A DNA stretch of 63,550 bases, the filler included, from Choristocarpus tenellus KU-1152 (Eukaryota; Protista; Phaeophyceae): NCBI GenBank assembly GCA_964200185.2. It is 8 parts of 8 records of this genome, joined end to end, with 100 filler letters (N's around TTAATTAATTAA, not from the genome) between each part and the next. Parts side by side here need not be neighbours in the genome. Positions count along the whole stretch, not along the records: positions 24,859 to 27,425 come from CAXNAD020026713.1; positions 27,526 to 39,698 come from CAXNAD020001938.1; 6 more parts are not named here. One strand, 5' to 3'. The notes under the pieces are model-generated. The model was not told where the DNA came from, made no database searches, and saw nothing but the letters and a program-made list of their open reading frames with translations. Positions 24,859-36,849 of this stretch are shown in pieces; the first letter of the stretch is position 1, and every line of letters starts with the position of its first letter. Made by a program: the position numbers and the translations under genes.

Positions 24859-27425
24859 GGGGGAGGGGGGAGGGATGCTGCAATTGATTCAAAGTCACCA
24901 AAAGAATTTTCTTTTCAGCGTTTTGAGTTTTCAAAAGAAAAAGAAACAAGGTAGAAAATTTCAAAAAAGGTAACAGAGAGGACATACTGGCTCTGCCAAA
25001 ACAAGGTACTACAAAAAATAAAAATAAAAACACTCCACACCTGTGGACTCTTTCTACCAACAATAGGTGAGACAAGAGAGTCAGAGAGGCCTTAGGGTTA
25101 GGGTTAAGCTCCAAATAACCTCCCTTTACGCTACATTGACTCATTGATGTATACTGACTCAACATTAGTCTGGGACATGGGTTGAAATTATCCATGGAAT
25201 GAAATGAGGGGATGTAACTCAATTATCTGTTTTAAAGCTCAGTCATTACCATACCATACCCAGAAGTGCTGTGAGTCAACCTCAAAAAGGTATACATACA
25301 CCTCTTTTGAGGATACATACGTCGACCTCAATATGACCCACCAACTGAATGTATTAGTTGTACACCATAAACACAGTCAAAAAAGTCACAACAGAAAAAT
25401 AAATAAAAAATAAGAATACAAAAATACAACAGAAACAATTCCAATTTACTACACATCATGGAATCTTCGATCACCCTACAAAATAAATAAATAAAACCAT
25501 CCTCACCATTTCCAGACCAACCAACTTCAACAATCAAATATGAAACCTCAATCCTTACTCTTAATTTTAAACATTTTTCAATACATCAAAAAAACATAAT
25601 TTCCACCTTTACACTCTATATTTTTTATTTCTACCTTCCTTTTCCTCCTCCCCTGCCTGCCAACACATCTGAAACATCTCCACACACAGAAAAATATATA
25701 TAGTGCCAAGGACATCAAGGATATTAAATCACCCTTCCCTAACCCTAACCCATTGAACACCCCTATTGATCCACACACCCAAGTACTACCCAAAAGCAAC
25801 ATCCTTTCTTGAAGACATCACAAAGACGTAACCCTAACCCTAATCTATTCAAACAGTTCAAACCTTGTTCAAACGATCAATATGAAAACAAATTGTGTCA
25901 TTCTAATAGACAACCCTCTGCCCTCAAAACAAAAAAATATTCCTTTCAAAATAAAAAAACATCCTTTCATTCGACCACAATCAATCAAAATATTATTGTT
26001 ATTACCATCAATGTCTTGATTAAATACATTTTATTAATCAAATTAAACAAAATAAAAAATGCAACCAAAAATGAAATAACAATAAAAATATCTATCAGTA
26101 TTCATTAAGAGTAGCAGAGTAAAATGTATAATAAGAATATTGCCAAAAATATTGGTAATAACAATCACTATTCATTAATATTAATAGAAATAATAAAAAT
26201 ATTAAAAACAGTAATAGGAATAACAATGATCACTATTACTCGATAGTAGAAATTAAAAAAAAATCTACAAACAATAATCAGAATAACACCCAAAACCATT
26301 CATTAAAACTAGAGCACTAATAATAATAAAAATACTCCAACAATAATAACAATATCAATCATCACAACTGCTTAACAGCAGTAGAAATAATAAGAAAAAT
26401 ACTACAATCATTGTACCAACCAACAACCAACACTATTAACTAATAGTAGCAGTAATAACAATAAAAATAACCCAAACAATCAAAATAAAAATAACAATCA
26501 TCACACTTACACGACGCTTTTCATCCAACACACGTTGCTGCAGCTCTGCCTGTTTCACCCTTCCCCTCCTCTCCGTGCTTAGCTGGAATGGCTGCGGTTC
26601 TGTCAAGACTACTGACTTATCACCACTTGATGCCCGTCTGGTATGCTGCTAGCAACCAAACACAACCCAACAACATCACGGAGACAACAAGAAGTTAAAT
26701 CAATCCCCAGACTATTGCAAATAGATAAAAATTACAAAAAAACATTTTCACGACATAGTAAGATAAGGTAGTAGTAATGCTAACAATAATACTAATAATA
26801 ACACAAAAATAAAGTAATAATAATACTGATAATAATAGAAGTAGAAATAAGAAGAGTAATCGTAATATTTTATCATAATATCAATAATCATTGTGGTCTG
26901 TACTAGTGGTAACAAATGCAAAAACTTCATGCTCAGTGTACGCAAGTGTATGTATGGTACACAATCAAATTGGACCAAAGATTCACAGGATGGAACATAG
27001 TTATTTCTTCAAGGTTCTGAACTGCAATGTTATGCCATGAGGTTACCTAACCCTAACCCTAACCCATCAGAAAAACAGAGATACAAAAAATCAGACAGAG
27101 GGGTGTTGCACACATCCTACACAAAATAAAATCAACAGCCTACCAACCTCAACACACATGTACAAAAATAAAATATAACTACCTATTTCCTTTCCTACCC
27201 AATCTGCAAACAGCCAGTCTGAACAGGCAGGGGAAGGAGGGGCGGGTGAGCATCATGGAAAAAAATATAAAACAAATTCAACAAAATACACTAAACACAA
27301 CATATACCCAGAAATAAATAAAACAAAGGATTACCGGGGGGGGGGGGGGGGGGGGGGGGGCGCTTAAATATTAAAATAGAAAAAAAAAAAGATTTTGTAC
27401 AAAATGTTTACCATTGGGGTGGGAA
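24859..27425. other. A/C-rich low-complexity contig (degenerate AAT/AAC repeats, scattered AACCCT motifs, terminal poly-G)
   Basis: Strong G depletion on the + strand; (aat)n-like tracts at 26100-26500 and 26770-26890. Confidence 0.7.
26511..26645 (-). CDS. Isolated exon of a TPX2-like microtubule-associated protein
   Basis: tagcag|HTRRASSGDKSVVLTEPQPFQLSTERRGRVKQAELQQRVLDEKAS|gtaagt; the LTxPxPFxLxTExR pattern is the TPX2 repeat. Confidence 0.6.
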
Positions 27426-27525
27426 NNNNNNNNNNNNNNNNNNNNNNNNNNNNNNNNNNNNNNNNNNNNTTAATTAATTAANNNNNNNNNNNNNNNNNNN
27501 NNNNNNNNNNNNNNNNNNNNNNNNN

Positions 27526-27613
27526 CGTGCAACCAAATAAAACCAAAAAAGTGAAAATAGAAAGAAGGGTGAAAAACTGACGCCGACCCCCCCCCCCCCC
27601 AGATACTTTGACC
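27526..27613 (-). mobile_element. Terminus of a large poly-G-subterminal transposon (GGGTCAAAGTATCTGGGG subfamily)
   Basis: Reverse complement is homologous to 36092-36165 over ~80 bp. Confidence 0.7.
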
Positions 27614-28955
27614 CAGATAATAAAATATATCTGGGGGCGCATGGAAAGATCACAATTCCGTTGTGTCAGATATGACCACATCTGATCAAGTCTTCAACGT
27701 GAAAGGGCACTGGCAACGACTAGGTAGTCTTAAGCTAGTCTTAGCTCGAAATTCTGTTTAACTCCACCACCAAGGAGATACAGAAGCAAAATCATGGACC
27801 ATCTTCTCCAATGAGATGGGGAAAAAAAGGATGGGAGACTCCAATAGGGAGCGCAGAAATTGTGATCAAACTACAGCTGTTTATTTAGCTGCAGCAGCAA
27901 ACAGTATGTACTTGCGTATATAGGATTGAACCGTAGCGTATGAATATTCTAGTCTTACCAGGGGTAAAGACTTGTTGGAAAAAATAAATAATTGAACCTT
28001 CGTGAAAGGAAAGAAAGAAAATGAATAAATTTTTATAAAAGACCCCAGTAGAGAAATGTAACCAGTCAATATAACATGAAACGTGCAATTTTGTTGTCTG
28101 CCCTAAAGAAAATAACATGCATCCCCGAGTGGAAGGGCGGTGAGGATATGATAATGTGGAAATATGCATTATGATATCAATCATTAATACATAGTTAAAT
28201 GTAGTGAAAAAGGTCAATCTTATACCATGGACAACACGGCATAGTTGGCATACACCATCACTGAAATACTGTTCAACTCAAAACAGGTGTCCTTCTGATA
28301 AAAAAGATAGAGAATGGGTAAGAAAGAAGAGAAATGATGAATAATAAAAGAAAAGCAAAAAACAGAAACAAGTGTGCATGAGACATTTGGAAAAAAAAGA
28401 CTCGGTCTTCTCCGTCCATACATGGTGCACATGTATGAAAATATTTAGCTTAGTGTAAGTTGATATTGGTTAGGCAAATATATATATATTGTATACAATA
28501 TGTATATGTTGAATGAACAACAGAAGCATAAATCATTGAATGCAACAGAAATATAGTTCAACACAAACATATTTATACGTATATTTTAGTTGGAAGATGG
28601 GTATCACATTTTTTTGTCAATTATAAAGTGGAGTGTACAAAAAAAATAGCAAAAAACCTTCCACCAGATCATGAACTCATAATAAAATACTCCGAAGAAT
28701 AATTTTTATGGCATGAGAAAAGTAGATGGACACCCTCAATTTCTTGATAGACATTCATATTTTATTTACTAGATGCAATTTCGAGCATATTCTCAATAAA
28801 AACTGCTCGAAAACTCCACTCCTATAACTTGTCCACCTTACACATATAAGACCCCTACTGGTCCGTGACCAACTAAACACCCGCCACAACAAACACAACT
28901 CCTCCTACAACAACATCAACTGATCCTCCAATACTTGCAGTGTTCACACCTCGGC

Positions 28956-31900
28956 ATGAATCCCTTACGCTCTCGACCAGTGTTCCTTGGCCTCTTGACC
29001 ACCCTCTACGCCTGTTGTACAACTGGTTCGTACTTTTTTGCAGTGTATACTTCGAACGAAGTACGTCGCGCAAAAAAAATGCATCCTTCGAGACTTTAAA
29101 CCTGCTGACAGCTGGTAAGGATATAGATGTATCCAGAGAGACCATCGAAAAAACGTATGCCAACTCGCAACTTATTTTCCAATCATCATCCCTTCAGGCG
29201 TTTGGGTCGAAGTTGGAACCAAGGGTCAGGTGGGCTCGTCTGCCACAGCTTTCGATCCGCGCATGCAAATCAACAACGGGTGCGATCCGAGCGGTTGCAC
29301 TCCTGCTTTGTCTAGGGTGAGTACGTCAATGAGGACCAGTATTGTCTCCTTCACGCATCGCCACCAATATATATTGGGAGAGAGAGGAGGCCGTAATGAC
29401 TCACCAGTATGAAACGAACTGTGCCTCTCTCAACTATACTCCTGACCAACTACCCCCAAAACCTTCACAGGATGGAGACTTGACTCCTACGTCAAGGTGG
29501 TCCTGCTCCACCACTCTTGGCGTTAACGAGTGCTCCATCACCTACAGTTTCCGCACACCTCAACCTTTCAGGCGCTTGGATATTGGTGAGATGATGCGAT
29601 GGTTGACCAGTTCTCTCAGTGGTATCAACCTTTTGTTCACGTGTTCTTATGTAATATACTCTGGAGTACTCTTTGCAGCGTAGCCGAGCTCAACTGCTGT
29701 CCACATGTAGCACTGTATAAATTATTTCTCTTGCTTCTGAACCTATTTTTGTGGACTCACCGCCACCGTCTACGACAACCTCCCCCTTCTACGATGGATA
29801 TTTTTTCTGTATCCTTGTTTAAATTGAAGCCAATGTATCTTAGAGGGCAGAGCTGCGTCCATTTGGGGGACAAAATCCAATGTTGCGATTTTGATGTAGT
29901 TTTGACTATTGTGTTCGTTAGGAGATGTCAATATCCTTGTTCCGAACACACCTTTTCATAATATATACATTTTACCTACTCCTAAACTTTTTGAGTAGGT
30001 AAAATATCACTAGAAACCCGTGGGAAGCTAAGCCCCAAATGGACAAACAGGGAAAAACTCGTACCCTCTAAGATACTTTCACTCACAACCACTACTGCAT
30101 GTACTCTTTCATTTGTCTTGTGAGACGCATTGTGACGATGTGCAGAAAGCATCAAGGAGTATCAACTTCCATACTGAGTCTTAGTCTTTTTCATGCTATT
30201 TGAATATCACCTATATACTGCAACAATTACCCACTACAAAAAGTCAAGAGAAGAAGACATGAGAATAATTATATATCGATATATCCAATATACATCTCCT
30301 TGACAGGAATCTCCAATTTCTTGACCTTCCTAATCTCAAAATTGTTCACCTATGATTTTTTATTATATAAGGATGTACTTGGTACTACTAATATGTATGA
30401 GTCCATCTCTGGTCAGTATTGGGGTTGAGCAACTCTCTCTGGATCCAGTCAGTCTTGCCTTGAACACGTCGGAGTCAAACCAGCTAAAAGGTAGGCAGGG
30501 TTGCATTTTAAGGATCCCAAGAAAGGGTAAAAATATGCAATTTTTTGCAACTGCGGAAAGAGCCCTTACAGAATTGTGTTATTACATTTTGTTTGCGGAA
30601 AGGAGGAATATCGATTTTGCCTACACTATTGTGCACGCAAAGAAAGAAATAGAGTGTATTGCACAGGGTAAAGAAGATGATTGGAATGCAAAAGGGTCCA
30701 AACTTGCCTACCTCTCAATTGTTTTTTGCCTCATCTTGACTTCTTACACCTCGCAGTACTTCATTAACACCAATGGTTTGAGCAGCATTTGATGCTCTCT
30801 CCTCAGCTGTCTGTTGTGACAATTTTTGTGGTATGAACACCCACGATATTGTCCTCGTCGATTGATGTCATTCCCCATCAGCATTCTATAGGGGTAATGA
30901 ACGCACGCGTGAGTTCGAGGTCAACAGCGACAGCACAAGGATGATCGATGACGAGAGTTCGGGGAACACCCTGGACTTGGAACAGTTCGGTCCAACAACT
31001 GAAGTTTTCCTCACTGACGAAGTCACCATCGTATCCACACCTGATGATGACGACGAATGGTTCAGCCTCACGGAGGTATATAGTAGCAGTAGTCCCAGGC
31101 AATGCCCTTGAGTGTTATATTATATTGCTTTTGATAAAATTCTTCCAGTAGTGTTACCAGTGCAGGGGACGTAAGAGTAATAGTATCCTAGAGGGGGTGG
31201 CGTTGAGTATAAGGGACGTCATTCACTGCCTTTTTTGGTACTCGTGCTCCAAGTACACAGGGAAAGCGATTTCGCACTTGTTTAGACGAGCATTGGTCTT
31301 CTTCCTCTATAGTCATAGCTTCCTCATGGAAATTTGATGTGTTTCGGTTATGGGACGGGGGTGTCACAAGGCAGAAGATTTTACAAAACCCTCATACCCA
31401 AAATAACGAACAAAATTTTCACATAAAGTTGATATATCAAAGCCTGGCTTTCGTCCATCTTGTAAATTGTGTCCTACATCTTTGCTGGACGAGCTCCTTT
31501 TGAAGAGTCCTCTACTAATAGCACAACAAGAGTGACACAAATTGCACCATTGTTTAGTTATATACTACTGTATCCAAGATGAGAATCGGCACACATCTGC
31601 CACTTGTGAGTACATTCGAAAATAGTGGTGTGTTGAACCTCTATAAAGCAACTAGATACTGAACAACGAGTTGCTCTCCGCTGCATACATTTCCTTCCTC
31701 ATCACCCCAAGATCAAAAGCTACGCGCTCCATATCTCGTTGCTTTATTCCAGGTGGATATTTGGGTGATACGAGGCGAAGAGATTGCCGATTCGGGCAGA
31801 TCCGTGACTGTTTCTGCCAAAGGGTTCGATGATCGTACAGATTCTGGCTGCAATGGGCAGTGCCTTGCTGCAAACTCGAGGGTGAGGGACTATATCGAGT

Positions 31901-33281
31901 GCTCTGCTTCTTGGTCTATGCAGAGCGAAGTGTCATAGTTAGAATTCAAGTCTGGCTTCTCATGATTCTGGTCGGGAAAAAAGGAATAAGCGGTGGTTTC
32001 GATCCCACTTGGAGAACCGTTCACAACACAATGTTGTCATAATTTACACCTGTATGGTATCTTTTCCCCCTTGCAGGATGGCAACTATGCCAGCGACTCA
32101 AGCCGTTGGTCATGCATCAACTTTGATGCCAAAAAAGGGCTGTGCAGTATCACTTACGACTTCTCCTCTGGTGCCCGCCTCGAGAGCATCCTCGTATGTG
32201 AGTTCCTCATAAATATCTTCCAGTCCACAGAGTAGGCCATGGTGCTGTGTTAAGACCTGAATCGAATGCATCGTACTTATGAGCAAAATGCACCATAGTG
32301 TTGGAAAGCAATGATGAATAAAATGCGCAGTTTGTGTTGTGAAGAGATGTGATTGTGCTGCAAAGCACCGATGTATTTATTCTGTTGTAACAGAGGCAAT
32401 TGATCCCTCAGTCAAGAATGATGTGATGTGAATTCAGTGCTCTTTCATGAGGTACTCAACGAAAGAAGTCCATGCTCTGTGGGGAGGCTTGTTACCTTGG
32501 CTGGCAAGGGTTTCCGTGGATGGTTTAACTCTGAATATATAACATCCAGGTGTGCATCAGGTGCACTTCTTGCAGAGTGAGCTTAGTGCATTATGAGGGG
32601 GTCAATGACAACCAAGAAATGAATAATAATCAACAACAACGTATAACAGTCATCGTCTGGTACTAAGAAGAGAGAGAAAACAAAAAAGGGAAAACAACAG
32701 AACAACAGAACAACCTTGAAACAATATGTGGTGCGACTCAAGTGACGCATACTATTCCAGTGTGTAGAAGAACAGTAGTAGAATAACAATATTGTACTGT
32801 TCTGACCATAATTGATGTGGTGATGATGAACTAGGGACAGTAACGACTAGCGTGTAACGAACCAATCAACATTCAGTATTGACTGGTAGAACTGTATCGT
32901 ATCAAGGAAAAAACAAACGAGTAGCCTATTTTTTAACACGCAAAACAGGACATCAAACTGTAGCATACAATAAAGATACGTCTCACTAGCTCTACCACAG
33001 ACCGTTATCACCGCCCACCCCACCAGTGACCGCCGCCCCCTACCTGCTGGTGCCATCCCCTGCCAGCCCTCTACAGGGGCGACGAGCGTGTACGTTCACT
33101 AAGTGTGTATCTTAATGGCAATTCTAGTCCAGAAACAATTTGGACCAGCTCCGGACACACGGATGGACTCGAAGAGATCGAGATTAATCGCCAAGGGATC
33201 AGGTCTGTCAAGCTCGAAGCACTTAATCTCGGGACCAATTGGCTGAGCATCAAGGAGACCTTGTTCTACGTCAGGACCTGA
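28956..33281 (+). CDS. Secreted protein with two F5/8 type C / discoidin-like (galactose-binding fold) domains, brown-algal SRWSC type; 7 exons
   Basis: In-phase exons: 28956-29025 (signal-like MNPLRSRPVFLGLLTTLYACCTTG), 29198-29316, 29471-29585 (DGDLTPTSRWSC...CSITYSF), 30882-31075 (AFYRGNERTREF...WFSLTE), 31753-31881, 32077-32197 (DGNYASDSSRWSC...CSITYDF), 33067-33281 (LYRGDERVRSL...WLSIKE...*). Confidence 0.85.
29827..30084 (-). mobile_element. MITE copy 7 (intron of the discoidin-like gene)
   Basis: Family TIRs and interior; TSD not recognisable. Confidence 0.85.
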
Positions 33282-33624
33282 ACTTGCATGGCTTGTTTCT
33301 CGATCGTTACTAAGGTACGTTTCACAGCTGGACCAGCAATTGAGCTGGTCAGGATGTCAAAGCATTTCATTGTTATTATTTAGCATGACATTCTTCGCGA
33401 GATGAATGCAGTGCTACAGTTTAGAAGTTCATTCGTAGCGATAGGTATGCAGACGGCTTGAAATATATATTACACATGTATCTTTTCGAGATGGTGTGGT
33501 AGCGTCCATCTCGTGCTTATGTTTGATTCATTTGAGTACGTGTTCACACACTGTTAAAGGGTTGTGTTTAGAAGTACTGACCCAGTCGATCGAAGGAAAT
33601 TTGTGTACTTGGTCACATCCTCTG

Positions 33625-34965
33625 TAAGCACGTCCCTCGAACTACCACATCATCACTGATGATCGTAATTCAGTGCACTGCATAATTCAGTCAGAAGGTT
33701 TCAACGTTTGGTCTCGGGCAGACTCGGCTACAGCTTGATCGGCCCAGCCAAACGAGTTCTTTTGGGTTCTGGTAGTGGCTTTGATATCAGAATTTCATGG
33801 AGGTGTCATTAATCTCTTTTTCATATAAGATACACTAATTATTGGATTAGTTTTTCTTCTGACACATCTCGAAAATGTCAGAGAGGATAACAAGAAAATA
33901 CAGCATAACCAGTTCATACTAACTGTTGACTTGAACATTGGTACTGGTTGTTACTTACATTTCCATCATCGGTACCTTATCATACGATCAATTACCGTGA
34001 CAACCCCATGGTGCATACCAAGAATGGAACAGTGGACATCTGCCAAACGTACAAGCATACTATGTGCCATATGAATTGTCTCACATATTAATTCAAGTTT
34101 GTTTCTTTATTTTTCTTTTGAATTTCACGTCTGAGCATCAGTGGTGTCTCACATGCTGATTTTCCTTTTTCTCTGGTTCCTTTGCCCCATTTCGACCTCG
34201 AGTTCACTCTGCATTAAGCGTACCTGACATACAACTGGATGCAATATATTCAGAGTTAAAACATCCATAAAGCCCTTCTTCACAAGGTGACAAGACTCTA
34301 TACAGAGCATGAATCTTTTCCTTTGAATGCACCAAGAAATACCCCAACATAACTCCATCAAATAACCTCTGACTGTGCAAAGCATGTCACTGGGCTCATC
34401 AGTCAGAATTCATCGGTGCTTCTTTGCGCTATGACACCTCTTCACCACAACAAACCTGCCACCGTACAGGAGTACGATTAATTCAATCCCAGGTTTCAAC
34501 AACGACTAACTGTTTCGCAGTCTTTGCTGTAGATACCAAACTTGGTTATGTTTTCCTAGCACCTTCAGAGAGGACAGAGTAGACACCCTACTAGTTACCT
34601 TGAGCCCACTTTGCTTTTTGTGCTCACCTTAACTCATATGGATTATGTATCTTCGGAGCTAAAACAAGCCTCTTCTCAGAGCATATCATTATCTGACGAA
34701 TCGTGTTGGACTTGATTTGTGCTTCATTGCACTGAGTCAATGTTTTCCCTTCTCAAAATAACAAGCCTCTTCACAAGGCACGTCCCCCGAACTACGAAAT
34801 CATCACTGATAATCGTACTTCAGAGCACTACACAATTCAGTCAGAAGGTTTCAATGTTTGGTCTCAGGCAGGCTTGGCTACAGCTTCATCGGCCCAGCCA
34901 AGTGAGTTCTTTTGGGCTCTGGTGGTGGCATTGACATTAGAATCGAATGTGGCGTTAATCTCTCT
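33625..34965. repeat. Diverged ~190-bp direct repeat pair (33625-33820 and 34778-34965)
   Basis: cacgtccc..gaactac..catcactgat..aattcagtcagaaggtttcaa..ggctacagctt..ggcccagccaa..gagttcttttggg occurs twice, ~1.15 kb apart. Confidence 0.8.
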
Positions 34966-35657
34966 CTTTTTTAAACTGTGTATATATAGACACACATGTA
35001 TTTATCGCTACTCCTATCTCTTTCCATCTCACCTCCAGCAAGGTACTCTTGAGAGATTAATTAAAATTTGGGGGCTCTAGAGAAGAGTACAGACTTAGGC
35101 AACCAAGTATCTTTTCCCTATACACGTCAACCCCAAAGCTTCCTTCTACATACTCCAAAGTAGTAGTACATATAGATGGATGGGTTCACAGACTCGCATC
35201 CTCTTGATTGAATAAATGGAGGGGTGTAACGACCGAGTGATACGCGGGGAAGATTTGTGCAGATTTAGACTGCTGTTTGTGTCAGTATGGAAGAAGAGAA
35301 AAGAAAGAGGTGGGAGTCTCACACGATCCCCCCTTGCTGAACGTGATGAGGTGGTTGAAAAGAGAAGAGTGATATTATTTTAGATGTTGGGACTTGGTTT
35401 AGCACCTGCTGCTTCCAGAAGGGATCACTATAGTTGAACACTTACAACGCTTTTTGAATACTCCATCAACATACAGAAAAAAAACGTGTCAAACATGTGG
35501 ACATCAAAACTCAGAATTGATTCTCTAAAAATATCCCACAAAGATATGACGCATGATCCTGAATGCTTCCGGTTACATAGTACTGTAATTCATATCGTAT
35601 TCTGCACACTCCCCGATAAGAGTGTAAGTAAAAGAACACAGATCACTTCAACTCTCA

Positions 35658-35916
35658 GAGTCGAAGTATCTTAGAGGGTAGAGCCGCGTCCATTTGGGGG
35701 CCAAAATCCAATGTTGTGATTTCGATGAAATTTTGGCTATTGTGTTTGAAAGAAAGTGTCAATATCATTGGTTCTCGACACCCATTTTCATAACGTATAT
35801 ATTTTACCCACTCCAGAACATTTCGGAGTAGTTGAGGTGTCGTAAGAACCCGTGGGAAGTCTAACGTCAAATGGACGAACAGTGCAAAGCTCCTACCCTC
35901 TAAGATACTTTCGCTC
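35658..35916 (-). mobile_element. MITE copy 8
   Basis: Full TIRs; flanks tca/tca. Confidence 0.9.
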
Positions 35917-36025
35917 TCAGATATTACGTTAACTCCATTGAACCCATGTCTTCTGCGACTATAATCTCTGCAAAAAAATGTTGATATAAACCTCTGTGGT
36001 CCCCCCGAGGTTGCTCACTCAGTCT

Positions 36026-36091
36026 GACCCAAAATATTTAAGAGGGTAGGGCCACCTCCGTTTGGGGTCATCAATCCAATGCTGCGATTTT
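36026..36091 (-). mobile_element. Truncated MITE end interrupted by a large related element
   Basis: gacccaaaatatttaagagggtagg...tccaatgctgcgatttt, followed immediately by gggtcaaagtatctgggggg. Confidence 0.7.
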
Positions 36092-36849
36092 GGGTCAAAG
36101 TATCTGGGGGGGGAGTGCCGGCGTCTGTTTTTCACTTTTTGGTGTGATTTGGTCGCACATGTCGGATTTGAAATGTCAACAAAAAAAAAGAAGACTGCTG
36201 GTTAGGTTCCTTTCTGTCCTTGCGTACACAAGAGGATATGGGAATATATGCCATAATTTATTTGGGTTCGGTTAGGAGTTTCGACGTTTGCATGTGTTGG
36301 ATTTCGAGTCTGTTCAAACAGATTTATTGGTTTATATAATATGTTGGTCGTGCAGTTACGATGAAGAATAAGAGATATGGGTCAGGTTGTTACAGGGCTG
36401 GATATTGGTTTGTTTGGTTGCATGAGTGGGATTTGTTTAGCATATGAAGAGGGCTATCGGTTAGGGTGTGTTTTCCCACTGTTGTTGGATGGGGAATTGA
36501 AAAAAAGAATATGGACTGTTGCGAGGTTGTTTATTGTTTGCATGAGTCGTGTTTGGTGTGTACACAAAGAGGACTGTCAGTTTGGGCCTGTTCTCCCGGT
36601 GTGTGCACGAGGATCTCAAACATAATGATATGATATGCAGTTTAAATGTAATAACTTCGTTTGTTTGCGTGCATGTGTTGGATTTAGTATGTAATAAGAC
36701 GAAGTTGTCGCTGAGGGTGTTAGGGTTGAAGTTGTTGGTATAAAGTAAGGGAAAAGGGTCAGGTTTTGTTTTCGGGTTAGTGCATTATATCTCTCACGTA
36801 AGGTATGGACGGAATATGGACGTGTATATGAGTAGTTATTGGTCAAGGT

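Noticed and set aside
27613-36092. Composite transposon carrying the discoidin-like gene
   Set aside because: The two termini face outward from the gene (separate elements on each side) and share no TSD.
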